DNA from: Ginglymostoma cirratum
Taxonomy: Eukaryota
DNA length: 64,000 nucleotides
Direction of reading: 5' to 3'
Assembly: GCA_024137785.1 (NCBI GenBank)
Contig: JAHRHZ010000022.1
Span: forward strand, 31,518,024 to 31,582,023
Shown here: piece after piece, positions 24,201 to 36,469 of the stretch
How positions within the stretch are numbered: position 1 is the first letter of the stretch
How the letters are laid out: every line of letters begins with the position of its first letter
Position numbers and translations under genes: made by a program
Notes under the pieces: generated by a model
Database searches by the model: none
What the model was told of the DNA's origin: nothing
Seen by the model: the letters and a program-made list of their open reading frames with translations, nothing else

Positions 24201-25780
24201 CACGCACATAGTGTTAGGCAAGTATACACTAGTGTCCTCCCAGGGATTGCTGTTGGGATCATTGCCCTTTTCACATATTTTCAACCTGGACTTTGGGTTA
24301 GTTACAAATTTCAACTGTGTTGTGTTATTCTACCATTCTTTGGGATGGGGGAGTTTTAAATTACCTCCCTCCCTCACTCTCAATGACTCCCATTCCTACA
24401 ACAGGCGAGAATAAGCAGAGTTCAATTGAAAAGGGATCGAAAATGAACAGCTAATCTGCTCTCAGACAGTTCTTTAAATATTTTTAAAAGGTTGCATGCC
24501 TCAAATGCTAATGGGGCTTCTACACTTTATGGTTGTGGGATGGTTTTCCCAGGAGACATAACAAGAGAAATAGTGGAGATGGACTGGAATCAATAATTAA
24601 AAAGCCTTTTTGAGCTGCTTATTAGCATCCACCCCTCTCTTATCCAGCTAACTTGCACGCTCTCCATCATCTGAACACCCTGATCCAACATTCAAAGTAC
24701 TCCCATGATCCACTAAAAATTTCCATTCTGCTCCAACCATTCCCCACAGCCTGCAGTCTCTTCAATGTCTTATAGTCTCTTACCTCGTTATGCATCTCTT
24801 CCTAGCTTAGAATCTCTCCTGAACCAGACCTTCCCTATCATACAAACTCTTCAATTTTTTCAAAATACAAGCCTTCTTGCCTAACAGTCAGTTCTCAATC
24901 TGGTTACTGAAGCAAGAGGGAGTGGGGATACACACAAATGAGAACATGCTGTTAAATTGAACAAGATATCAGATTACTTCTTTGGGTTTCCAGCCACTAC
25001 ACCCCACTGCTCCCTGTCTAACTCTTTATCAGTATTGGGGTCCAAGATTTTATGTGAGGAAGTACGCAAACGGAACGGAAGCAGCATGCAGATATAGAGA
25101 TATACAGTTCTGTTCTTGGCATTGGTTGGGGATGGTTTCTCATTTATAACTGGAAATAAGTGAGATAAAAAAAAAACAGAAAACCATATTCTGAAAAAAG
25201 TAGGATTTACAGCTGTTTCAACATTTCAAACTCTTATTAGGTTTGTAACCCTACATAAAGTAGACAGAGTCGTTGTTCGGAGAGATTATGCACAGAAAAG
25301 TGAGTAGTTTAACTTGAGTAGCAATTATGCCATTTTATAAATTAGACCATAGAAGAGTTGAAAGGATACTTGGATTCAAAAGTGGCAATTTACTCTCCTG
25401 TGTATGACACACTGTGAAGGAGCAGTGCAGGACTACTTCAAATCATTTGTGTTCTCATGTATAATATTTAGAATGCGACCCAGTGCTGGACAAAATTGCT
25501 GCTATTAGTTAAATGGATTTTTCTGGTAGAAGTGAGTTCCTCAGCAATATGTTCAAGCGGCTTCTTTAATAATACACATGGTAGCTATTCTATAGGTTAT
25601 GTCACATCTGCGATAAATGTTGCTTTTTTTCCCTTAGTTTGCTAATTTGAGCAAAAAAGTAGTTGAGTTTTGAGCACTGCTCACATTGTATGGTCGCAGC
25701 TACTCTTTTAACAAAATAGAACAAATAGAGGAAAATGTAGCCCATGTGTAAAAATTTAAAGATCAATAACAATTCTGTTT

Positions 25781-25802
25781 TATATATATATATATATATA
25801 TA
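25781..25802. repeat. (TA)11 microsatellite
   Basis: Direct reading. Confidence 0.95.
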
Positions 25803-26022
25803 GATATCTTGCTCTGAGTCGAAGTACATACCTTTGTTTTAAACTGGTGGGGGACAGAGGCAGTGACTTTTGACATTTGGTTAAATCTGCATGATGTTGG
25901 TCGAATGACGACAAGTCTCTCTTGCCGAAAATTGTTACCTGATGATCCAAACCATCTTCAGTCGTTGTAGCTCCTTGGTTGTGGGAAGGTTGGAAATTAA
26001 CTGAGGCCGAACTTCATTGTGT

Positions 26023-26373
26023 CCTTGCAGTGTGGAAGCAGGCCCTTCGGCCCTTCGAGTCCACACTGACCCTTCTGAACAGCCCTCTACCCAGACCCAC
26101 GCCCTACCTTATCCCTGTTACCCTGCATTTACCATGGCTAAACCACCTAGGCTGCACATTCCTGGATGCTATGGGCAATTTATCATGGCCAATCCACCTA
26201 ATCTGTACGTTTTTGGACTATGGGAGGAAATGGAAGCGCCTAGAGGAAACCCACGCAGACACCGGGCAAATGTGCAAGCTCCACACAGACAGCCACCCGA
26301 GGGTGTAATCAAACCTGAGTCCCTGGCACTCTAAGGCAGCAGTGCTAAATACTGAGAGCCACTATGCCTGTCC
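26023..26373 (-). mobile_element. Near full-length HE1-type V-SINE
   Basis: Minus strand: tRNA head GCACTGCTGCCTTAGAGTGCCAGGGACTCAGGTTTGATT, V-domain CTGTCTGTGTGGAGCTTGCACATTTGCCCGGTGTCTGCGTGGGTTTCCTC, and CR1-shared tail GACTCGAAGGGCCGAAGGGCCTGCTTCCACACTG. Confidence 0.92.
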
Positions 26374-27004
26374 AGTTCAGGCTGTGAGGAGTTAACAGGC
26401 CAGTGGATCTCTGTACTAGAGAAATTCAGCCCCCTGATTCCCCAGAGAAACACAACCAAATGTAAGAAACTGGGGGTATTTTGAGGAGTGACCACAGGGT
26501 TTTTTTACAGCTTAGGCCGCTCTCTGCCTGGTACGAATATGTAGACGATGTGCTGTGGAGGACCAGAATCATAGCTTCAAGCAATCTCCTGCTAAAAGTT
26601 GCATGAACTGCGAATGGCAGGCACTTGCATCCAATACTAAATATTAATAACAAAGTAGAACAACAAAGGTATTGCGGGAAGTAAATGTGACACCGGAGGA
26701 AATGTGAGTTAATTGCAAGAAGTTTGTTCCAAGGGAGCTGTTGAAATGGAGTCAAATGCTTGACAAAGAAAAGCTTTAATACTATCTACAACTTCTGATT
26801 CAGTTATTTTCTAGAAATTAGGTGGTTTATTTTTGGAGAGAAATCATTTATTTACAGATGTCTGCTCTTCTGAGCTAGACACCACTGTCCCTGACTGATT
26901 ACATTTTTTGATTAAAGCCTAAAGTTGAAGAATGGCATTTGAACTGGTTCTAGGAAACATGCCAATAATATAAGTATGTAGCATTAAGAATCTTTAAACC
27001 TTGT

Positions 27005-27330
27005 CATGGAATCATAAAAACTAAGTGGGAGGACATTCAGCCTATTAAGCTTGTGCTGGCTCAGTGAAAGATCTTTCCCATTAGGTCCAATTCCCTGCTC
27101 TTTCTACGCAAATCCGCAAATTCTCCAGTTCAAAAATATATCCAACTTCCTGTTGTAAGTTCCACTTTGCTTTACGCATTCCATTCCAGATCACAATACC
27201 CTAATTCTGGTGATTTTATTAACTCTCTGATTCTTTTACAATTATCTTAACTGTGTGACGTCTAGTGACCACTGTTATTTCGATGGAATCAGTTCTCCCT
27301 TTACATTAATTTAAATTGGTCAATATTTTG
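27005..27330 (-). mobile_element. Old CR1 3' fragment
   Basis: CATGGAATCATA..GGAGGACATTCAGCCTATT..TATCCAACTTCC..GCATTCCATTCCAGATCACAA, reverse complement of a CR1 3' UTR. Confidence 0.55.
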
Positions 27331-28495
27331 AATACGTCAGTTAAAACCTTGTGTTAAATATCAAGGCTGGGTTTTTACTGCTGGGCTGTGAATTTAAGTT
27401 GACACACCTTCCTTGCTATGTGAACCTGCCTTGGGATAATATCCTCAATAGTTCAGAGCTTTGCTCTGAGTGTGGGGGAGGGGTAGTTGGGTTTCATCCT
27501 CCTCCTATCTATGCCCCCTTGCCCCCTCCAAAAAAAAAGAGGTCGCAGAATGCCAGATGCAGAGTAGGAGTTGGGCTGAAGGCTGGTTGCAGTGATCTGT
27601 CTCTTCCTAGCTGTAGAAAAAGAACAAAACATTTTCCAGGTCCTTGCCTACCCTCTCTCCTTGTGTCACATCCATGCCAGCTCATGTCTGTCTATCCACC
27701 ATCCTGGTGCCTCACCCCCTTTACCCCCTACTCAACTATTATAGCCCTTATGCCAGATTAATGCAGCTCATGCCAATTCATTCTCCTATTCACCACCTTT
27801 CCACTCACCAAATATTTAACTTTGGCAGGTTTCGGAACCCCTGTTATTACTAAATAAAGTTCTCAAGTGCCTATCAATAAAAGCACAATTTAAAAAAAGT
27901 TCTCCCTTCTGTCACTCCTCCATTGTCGGGAGATATTTCAATTGCTTTCATCTATTCTCTATCTCTCAGTTTACATTATAAAAATACCTTCCATCCTTCA
28001 AACTAGCTTTTGGTCACTCTTTCTAATGTAAATCTCCTCGTTCAGCTTACACTTCCTTTCTATGTTTCTTAAAAGTGGCTAAACATATTTTTAAGAGGAC
28101 AGTATTAAATTTTAAATGCTTATTCTCCTTGTAGTTGTCCTCCACATTGACAATGAGCTTCCTTGTGACACAGTTTCCTGAGCTGTGTGACAATTTGAAG
28201 TATGTTTGCTTGCTGCTTTAGGGTGGGATCTGGACCAGAACCTTAAAAGACCTGTGTATTGTGCATAAGTGATTATGATTCCTCAACTGTTTCCTAGAGC
28301 TGAAAGTTAATGTTTGCGGAACATCTAATTAAGTGATTCAATCGGTTCTTTGTCACTGGATGTGCCAATTTCCACTGATTTGTGGAGATGTGTTCTATTG
28401 CTTATGTACTAAATAATAGCTGTCAAACACTTAGATTTTCAATGTGTGTCATAGATACTAACAATTTGAGAGATATTGTTCTGCCCCCAATTATT

Positions 28496-28593
28496 CCTGA
28501 GGAAGGTTCGCCGGACCCGAAACGTTAACGCTGTTTTTTCCTCCGCAGATGCTGCCAGACCGGCTGAGCTTTTCCAGCAACTTTGTTTTTGTT
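28496..28593 (+). mobile_element. 98-bp Penelope-like terminal insertion (F2) with perfect 10-bp target-site duplication
   Basis: CCCAATTATT at 28486-28495 and 28594-28603 flanks CCTGAGGAAGGTTCGCCGGACCCGAAACGTTAAC..GATGCTGCCAGACCGGCTGAGC..TTTGTT. Confidence 0.85.
28497..28529 (+). ncRNA. Minimal type I hammerhead ribozyme motif (PLE type)
   Basis: CUGAGGA (28497-28503), stem II GGUUC/GACCC with a GCCG loop (one mismatch), GAAA (28519-28522), palindromic AACGUU, predicted GUU cleavage after 28526. The 5' strand of stem I is truncated. Confidence 0.6.
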
Positions 28594-29449
28594 CCCAATT
28601 ATTACTGACTGGTTATGATGCCTTTTGCAATCCAAGAATTGTGATCAATGTCTCCAATTCTTAATTTACCCTCATTCTGTTGTAAATGGCAGGATTACGT
28701 GGACATTATTATCGAATCAAAGAGTGATTACAGAACAGAAGATACTATTTAGTCCATTGTGTCTGTACTGACTCTCTCCACGAACAATTTAACTTGTACC
28801 ATCATCACCGTGGAGGTGCCATTGATCCACACAGGGCACACCCCCACAATACCCTCACCACCAGGTGGCTGACTTCCTAATCATTCCTGCTTTCTCATCT
28901 CGGTGAGAAATTGGACTCTCAACCCTTGCCTGCCCTCCTAAGCTAGCCACTTTACATCATTAGCGGTGTAATTTTGGGTCAGTTGGGTTGTTATCAAACT
29001 GAGTCATCCATTCATGATGTTTTTAGAGAAGGTGGGCGAGCTGCTGATTTCAGTGGAAATGAAATTATGGAAAAGTGAGCTGTTGACATCAGATTCGTGG
29101 CAGGTAGAGTTTATGCAGGATGACAGTTATCCCAATTTTCAAACATAAATTCTTGGCCCTTCAGAAAAGAAATAGCACCTAACATGGCAAAAACTGAGAA
29201 AGACAGAAAACAAAATTATAATCTGGGATGGTAAAGAAGATTTTGCAGGCTAGAAGAGGGTGGATTAGCACAAAGGAAATATGCAACAATTTCAGGAAAT
29301 TATCTTTGGACAGTCTTTCAATTGTTCCCAGGATGTCCTATTTCTCTAAGTATTCCAGAGCCTCTTCTGCCCCATGGAATAAAAACAGCACTTTGCTGGT
29401 GACAGTGAGTTATCAGTGTTCCTTCCATGGTATATTAGACTGTCAGACT

Positions 29450-31022
29450 TGCATTGCCACTTGCTGTATTTGTGAATTATAGTCCTTTCACACTTGTGGA
29501 TGAACATCAGTAACTCACTGTCAACAGATATTGCCTGTGTGGCTGAAGGACATATCTACCAAACTGGACTTGCAGCAAGCGCTGGGGGAACCAACATGAA
29601 GAAAGGAAAACTTATTTGACCGTATCCTCATCAATCTACTTGTCACAGAATCATCTGTCTGCGAAGGCATTGAAAAGAATCACCACTGCACAATCCTCAT
29701 GGAAACCAAGCCCCGCCTTCACACTGAGAGCACTCTCCATCATTTTGTGTGGCACCACCGTGCGAAGTGTGTTACGTTAAACGTATCGAGCTGCTCAAAA
29801 CAGGGCGTTCAGAAACTACTGTGGGCCATTGGCACTGCCAGATTATATATCCCCATAATCTTTAACCTCTTGGACTGATATATCTCTCATTCTACCATCA
29901 CCATCAAGACAAATTTCCAAGCTTGGTTCAAAGGGGAGTGTAAAAGATTTTGCCAGGAAGTCTAACTACAGATCTAACCTAGTGAAGCTGGAACATAAGA
30001 TGATATGGATGACATTTTGTTGCTTTAGCAGTGATCCCAACAGATGAAGTCAAAGCTCTGTAATCATTGTACAATCAGCATCTATGATGGTGAACAAGTA
30101 ACAGGAATAGGAAGCATCATGAGCATGCCCTATCGTTAGGAATGGTCAAAATCAGTTTGAAACTTTAAAAAACACAAGGGTGTAAGCTTCGCAACCATCT
30201 TAGGTTATAACTGTGAAGTGAATTTTCTTTTTTTGACTTTCTGCTGAGGTCCCCACCATCATAAATGCAAGTTTTCGTCCAATTTGGTTCACTACACTAA
30301 GAGACTGCTCTTCATTGAGCACAACAAAGGTTAGCATCCCAGACAACATTGTTTTTCTTTTGTGCTGATTTCCTGTGTTCTTGAGATAAACTCCATTAGC
30401 TAACACGGTTTGAGTATAGCTACAGTACTAACGTCCATTCAGTTTTGCGGTAAATTTCTGATGTACATCTTACAAAACAGAACTAATCCAAGCTAGACAA
30501 TGTATTCCCATTAACCTGCTCCCAATCTTCACCGAAATAGATGGGAAGAATCTGCTACAGAGTGATCAAGTGTAACTTATTCACTAGTTTTCTGCTTCCA
30601 ACATCCAATGTGGGTTCAGAGTATCTCAGAATCAACTCAGAATAAGAGCAGTCCAAAGTAGGACTGAGATAAGAAAGAATAAAATTCTCTGCCCAGAAGA
30701 CTGTGGGCATTCAATTGTTGAGTGTGTTTATAACTGATGCTGACAAATTTCTGAGTATGAAAAACATACAGGGATATGGAGATAGTGCATTATAAGGATA
30801 TCAGTGATAATATCATTGAATGGTAGAATGAGCCCTAAGAGCTAAATGGCCTATTCTGTTCCTATTTCTTATGTTCTGCAAGAACCAGTAGGCTCCAGTA
30901 TTCATTACAATCTTGGTCCAAAGATGGACACAATGCTTGAATGCTAGAGGTGAGGTGAGAATGACAATCCTTGGGATGAAAGCAGGGTTTCATCAAGTTT
31001 TGCGCCAAGGAGACCTGGCAAC
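29450..31022 (+). mobile_element. Decayed CR1-clade LINE family B, endonuclease to RT
   Basis: LKDISTKLDLQQALGEPT..DRILINL..HCTILMETKPRLHTE (APE C-terminus) and LVQRWTQCLNARGEVRMTILGMKAGFHQVLRQG (cf. RT ALDIKAAFDRVWHQG). Confidence 0.8.
30635..30875 (+). mobile_element. CR1 family A 3' tail nested in the family B LINE
   Basis: CTCAGAATAAG..GACTGAGATAAG..GAGCTAAATGGCCTATTCTGTTCCTATTTCTTATGTTCT; the host RT resumes at ~30880. Confidence 0.7.
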
Positions 31023-31029
31023 ATTTGAA

Positions 31030-31342
31030 TGTCTTTATTCTTTCATGGGATGTGTGTATCACTGGCAATGCCAACATCTATTATTCATCCCAAAATGCCT
31101 TTGAACGAAATGGTTTGCTGGGTCAAAGGGCAGTTAAGGATCAACCATATTGTAGTAGAGTAAAAGTCACAGGTAGACCAGGTAAGAATGACCTTCCCAA
31201 AAAGTACATCAGTCAACCATATTGGTTTTTACGATAATTAAGGAGCATATCAGATTTCTACCACTATTGTTCCAGATGTTTTATTCGTGGAATTTGAATT
31301 ACACCAGCTGTTATGGTGGGATTTGAACTCATGTTCCAGAGT
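31030..31342 (-). mobile_element. tRNA-derived SINE (58254 family), older copy
   Basis: TTCATGGGATGTGTGTATCACTGGC tail through GAATTTGAATTACACCAGCTGTTATGGTGGGATTTGAACTC (B box, reverse complement). Confidence 0.75.
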
Positions 31343-31598
31343 TTTTTTTACTTCATTCATGAGCTATGGGTGTCACTGGCTAGGTCAGCATTTATTGCCC
31401 ATCCCTAATTGTCCAGAGGGCAGTTAAGAGTCAACCACATTGCTGTGGGTCTAGTGTCACATGTAGGCCAGGCCAGGTAAGGATGGCAGTTTCCCTCCCA
31501 AAGAGTATTAGTGAACCAGGTGGGTTTTCCTGACAATCGATAATGGATTCATGGTCATTGTTTGACCCAGATTCTTTACTGAATTCAAATTCTACCAA
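31343..31598 (-). mobile_element. tRNA-derived SINE (58254 family), younger 5'-truncated copy
   Basis: Poly-T, then CATTCATGAG..CAGCATTTATTGCCCATCCCTAATTGTCCAGAGGGCAGTTAAGAGTCAACCACATTGCTGTGGGTCT; highly similar to 58260-58525. Confidence 0.88.
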
Positions 31599-31599
31599 C

Positions 31600-34239
31600 G
31601 ACCAGCCAGGAAGTTGGGTAGGTGTAGGCTCAGGTATACAGGTTTGCTGAGGGCCTGGGGAGATGTGACACTAATGGGATTCACAGCGGATCTAGATAAT
31701 TGGGATCTCACTGACACAGAGGTGGAGTCAGGAAACCAACAGCTGAAGAACATTCTCTGTTGCCTTCCATCAAGCTGGGAATCAAAAGTATACAATGGAA
31801 GGGAATTGGCTGCAACCACAATCAATGGGGACAGGTGAGTATCTGGACCTGGCTGTGAGGACTTTAAAGGGAATAAAAGTTATGCACACACCCATGTATT
31901 TTACATAACACTGATCTGATGAGTCTCTAATGCCTGCGTTTCCAAGTAAATTGATTCCCTGTATGCTGTACACTTCTCTGCCCCAGACATTACTGACCAC
32001 CTCATCCTCATTGGTATTTGTAGACAAATGGCTAAGGAAGGAGTAGGGATGTTTTAGAATGAGGGGAAATGTTGTCAGCAGGTCCTGTATATGCCTTGTT
32101 CTTCTTGTTTTCGAATGCTGCAGCAGGCTCTGAACAGAGACATTGATGCATGATACATCCTGTGTGGACGTGAAGTTATGCTGGCGCAGTTATATTTGGG
32201 GTTCACATGCACTCAATCTCACACATGTCGAGCCAGCACAATAAAATTTACATAAATATGTAAATTCACGTACAGTGCAATACAACCTGTAACACCACAG
32301 CATTATTAATAGACTTTCTTCTTTCTCATCTCACTATATCTGAGTGTAAATCTTTGTTCCAAAGCTACTGTGGAGGGAGCCTGATCGACAGTGAAGCCCT
32401 TTGGTTCTGGAAGATTATTTCGGGTGGCCCTGGGAGTGTTTGTGTCTGGATGGCTCAGATGTACTGAGGGGTGTCTTGCCAGAGACAAGTGGACCCTCTT
32501 TGGCTTCCACTTCCATGAGCTAGAGGAGGCCATAGTCAGAAATGATGGGCCCAGTCACTTCCTGGAGTGCACTGAAGGGTGACTTCAAAGGGACCTGTAT
32601 GTCTGGTTCCTTGTCCAGCTGGGTACCTGCTGGCACTGCCCTTCGTGTGAGGAAGTGACACTGCGTGTGCATACCAGGCTACCTGTCCTATTCTTGCTAA
32701 GTCTTTGGCTTTCAGACCGATGGCTAGGGAAATGGAGTGCAGTTGTGTGTGCCTTTCCAACAGAGCCCAAAGGTGCTGTACTTGAGTTTCCATGGCAACA
32801 TAGGACCGGTGCATGTCTCGCTGCAGAATTTGGCCACTGAGGGTCATTGACCCCATGTCCCTGTCAGCTGCTCCTGCTTCTCCTTGTGCATGTGGACAGG
32901 TTGCCAACACACCACGATCCTCTCCTGCCTGGGGCTGAGCAGGTGCCTGGTCTCTGGCAGTGTTCCGAGTGTCAGCACCCTGCGGTGTTTATTCCTTAGC
33001 CAGCTGAGGAGTTGACACAGTGAAGTGCTCGCCAGATGGTGCTCCCACACTTTCTAAGCCTAACATTGCCCCTGAGGCGGCTGTACCTAAGCAGGTGAGG
33101 GGTGCAGAAGGCAGGTTTGCCCAATGCTTTCCTTGAAGCCATGGTACTCTCATCTGCAATGAGCAAGAAGGTGGCTTCTGATGGAGCCAGTGGTTTTCTC
33201 ATGGAGGTGAATGTTTGAGGGTTAACTGTTAGACAAAACAAAGAGAAGGCATTATGACCCATCATTAGAAGTGGTGTGCAATGGCGGACACTGACAGCAA
33301 GGTTAATGTGAGAGTTACAGTGGAATGAAGAGTGATATTTCCTCAGTTGGTGGCCTATGGATGTCTTGGCGTCACCACAAAACAGGTCTCGATCTTCTCC
33401 TGTGAGAACCAAGGGCTGAGCTGTCTACTATCAGGCATCTTTCCTTGCATTAGGGTCCGTCTTGCACCATTATGAGCAGTCTTCTCCTGGAAAGAGACAA
33501 AGGGAGGAATTGGGTGAGGTAGAAGTGGTGGCACAACAGTTAGTGCTGGTGGAGGTTGTGGAAGAGTTATGAAGCACTCAGAAGGATTGTGTAGGCAGCA
33601 CAGAGAGGGAGAAAAAGAATGGGTGAGGGAAGATGTGATAGAGTATGAACGTTGGTGGGAGCAGAGATAGAGTGAGTTTGAGATGGCAGACAGGAGTGTG
33701 GCAGTTATCCTTGTAGAGACAAGATGATCATTGACATTCTTAGAGCACTGCTGGCCATTTCTCTGCACTCGTGAATTGGCACTGTCATGGGTGGCCACTT
33801 TGGACCAGGTTGGCATGGTCTGGAGGAATGCCCTCTTCTGCTGGTCCTCCAGGCCCTCCATTCCAATACCCCATCTAGGAGGACCAGCTGGTCCCTTTTG
33901 GAAAATTGTTGCACCATCTTCCCCTTCTCCGACATCTTCTGATGAACTAACTGTCCATCACCGAGTGGGGCAGCTTCAGAATGCCAGTGCTCATCGGGGT
34001 GCATAACAACTTTTTACATATCCCATGGAAACCAGATATGTATTTGGCAGATGTCTGCTGAGCAGAGGGTTGTTCCAGGAACAATTGTAGGAAGGGGATA
34101 AATTGGAGAGAAATTGCATAGGGATGGAAAGATAATTAGTGAGGTGCGATGACAAGGGACAGTGTGAAATCTCGCTGAACCTGGCAGCAAGAATCTCTCC
34201 AAAAAACCTAACTCACACTTAGCCAAAAAATGTCAGCCC
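31600..34239 (-). mobile_element. PIF/Harbinger relic with intron-containing Myb/SANT-like gene
   Basis: Terminus GGGCTGAC..TTTTTTGGCTAAGT at 34239(-). Frames MSEKGKMVQQFSKRDQLVLLDGV and TWSKVATHDSANSRVQRNGQQCSKNVNDHL, then a pyrimidine tract/CAG and EKTAHN. The left boundary is uncertain. Confidence 0.75.
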
Positions 34240-34902
34240 ATTGATTTAGAATGCCCGCAGGAATCAATTGACATATAGAAGTTAGCCATGTTTCATGGAA
34301 CTGATGGGAATTAGGTCAACAGCAGTCTAAACTACTTTCATTATTATCCGGAAGAGGCAATGAAATGAGTCGGCCAAGTCTCCAAGTGAGGTATGAAAAT
34401 AACTTCATGTTCTATTTGGTTTATCCCATTGTAAGAATCCTCACATGTTGGAGATGAAACCACATCTGCAATTTTTAAGCTTGACATTATACCTGAGTTC
34501 ACATGGAAAGTGCAAACAAGCTGCTGCTTCAAGGATCTCTGTTTTTTGTACTAGATCAAATGGAATGACAATTAACAGGCTGAGAAGGCTCTCGCTCTCA
34601 AGGAAAAAAAATGCTCAGTTTAACAGCCCTGACACATAAGAAACGCTGGAGAATCAGAAACAATGATAACTGCAATATTCATGACTGCTGATGGTGAAAG
34701 AAACAGCCTAACCCATTATGGTCTCAAATTCAAGCCTTTTGCCTCAAGAATATCCAAAAACCGTTTCCAACTCTATCCATTCTAGAAATTTAAGTCCCTT
34801 CTATTCAATTCTTTACATTTTACTTTTTTTCTGCAGTTTCTTTCCTGTGACCTGTGGAATTTTCCATCTTACAATAGAAAACACTCAAAGCTACGAAATT
34901 AG

Positions 34903-35358
34903 GAGCAAATTACTGCAGATGCTTAAATCTCTGCTGAAAACAAAAAAATGCCAGAAATCTCTCAGAGATATTAGGAACTGCCGATGCTGGAGTCTGAGAT
35001 AACAAGGTGTAGAGCTGGATGAACACAGCAGGCCAGGCAGCATCAGAGGAGCAGGAAAGCTGAAGTTTTGTGTCTGGACCTTTCTTCAGAAAGAAGGGCC
35101 TTGACCCGAAATGTCAGCTTTCCTGCTCCTCTGACGCTGCATGGCCTGCTGTGTTCATCCCGCTCTACACCTTGTTATCTTATGCTAGAAATCACAATGG
35201 GTCAGGAACATCCATGGAGAGAAAGCAAGCTAACATTTCAAGTCTAGATGACTCTTCATCAGAACTGTTGAAGAGTCACTTGGACTCAATGTTAGCTTGC
35301 TGTCTCACCATGGATGCCGCCTGACCGGCTGTGATTTCCACCATTTTTAGTTTTCAGT
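34903..35358. mobile_element. Hairpin Penelope-like terminal element (F3), interrupted by an F1 element
   Basis: Arms GAAATCAC..CATCCATGG..GCAAGCTAACATT..GACTCTTCATCAG / CTGTTGAAGAGTC..AATGTTAGCTTGC..CCATGGATG..GTGATTTC. Minus-strand CUGAUGA-A-GAGUC/GACUU-GAAA. TSD-like AAGCTACGA at 34888-34896 and 35360-35368. Confidence 0.8.
34962..35181. mobile_element. Hairpin Penelope-like terminal element (F1)
   Basis: AGATAACAAGGTGTAGAGCTGGATGAACACAGCAGGCCA..AGCTGA inverted against TCAGCT..TGGCCTGCTGTGTTCATCCCGCTCTACACCTTGTTATCT. TSD-like ATGC(C/T)AGAAATC at 34948-34959 and 35182-35193. Confidence 0.9.
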
Positions 35359-35673
35359 CAAGCTACGATCTTAAACTTCCCTAGCTTCTAATAGTCCGCA
35401 GACTTCTAAGTGAACTCTCCTGGTTTGGAATTTTCACAAACTACTCTTTTGCTGAGGCAACATATTCCCTGAACTGTTCTGAGACATCCCTTTTTATGAG
35501 TGAACCTGTACTTGCTCTGACCACCACATGTTTTCTGACTGAACTGAGAAACTTGTTTCCGACCCCAGTCAGCTCTCCACAGAACTGCGCTAAAAACATT
35601 CTGTCCCTGAAATTTTTAAACTAAAATCAATCATTGCTTATTCTAAATGGAAAACAAACCAATTGAACCTTTA

Positions 35674-35875
35674 TAAAACAAGGAACTGCAGATGCTGAAG
35701 ATCTGGAACAAAAACAGAAATTGCTGGAGAAACTCGATGGATCAGACAGCATCCGTGGAGAGAATGCAGACTTCATGTTTCTTGTCTAGTGACCCTTTTT
35801 CAGTTCTGATTCCACTTTCTTTCTGCAGATGCTGCCAGATTTGTTAAGTTTCTCCAGCAATTTCTGCTTTATTTC
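35674..35875. mobile_element. Hairpin Penelope-like terminal element (F2)
   Basis: CAGAAATTGCTGGAGAAACT..CAGCATC inverted against GATGCTG..AGTTTCTCCAGCAATTTCTG; centre GACCCTTTTTCAGTTCTGA. Confidence 0.8.
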
Positions 35876-36469
35876 TCATGGTCTTGCTGCTTACTGTGGG
35901 GTTTATAACGAGTATAGTATAAACATTTTCTTCCATTTGACATTTTAGGGGTTTTCCTAAACTCTTGTCTCTAATCATCTCTGACAAATATTGGATGTAA
36001 TCGGTGTTCTGGAAGAATTCTCCGACCTTTACTTTACAGAAAATCCTTCATACAGCACACCTTTCATCACAAGAGCTTTACTACTGCGCGGCATTGCAGC
36101 TACTCATAGTGCCTCAGCAGAGAGCTGCCAACGCTTGTCTAATGAGGCTGGGTGAATTTGAATCTGTAACTGCACTTAAGAGTCAGAAACAGCACTTGAA
36201 CATTTGACTCTTGTTTGCTATTTTTGACAGCCCAATTTGGCTTTGAATCAAAACAAATTCACAAAAAGAGTTGATTTCAAACTTGGGACTATTCACAGTC
36301 ATACGACATATGGTGTTAGGTTGTATAAACAGACAGATGAACTCCACTGCTGGATATCCAGAATTTTAGCAACTAGGCAGTCCATCCCTCATAAAGTTCT
36401 GCGGAAATGCCTCTGCAAAGTTACTTAGAAGGCACAAAGGTAGTTTGAGATGACCTGAATTTTCAGCAA

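Noticed and set aside
27350-29160. Additional Harbinger-MITE-like and L2-tail-like scraps (similar pieces at 21560-21790, 24600-24900, 46370-46700, 54325-54640)
   Set aside because: Probably old repeats, but boundaries and families could not be fixed from sequence alone.
33355-33861. 168-aa ORF with Myb/SANT-like segment as a possible domesticated NAIF1-like gene
   Set aside because: The N-terminal part is in another frame, the donor site is mutated and the ORF runs through the former intron; it is a decayed transposon gene.
34962-35181. Hairpins as pre-miRNAs or classical MITEs
   Set aside because: Multicopy, with long variable TSD-like repeats, unequal arms and PLE hammerhead motifs; this fits retroelement termini better.
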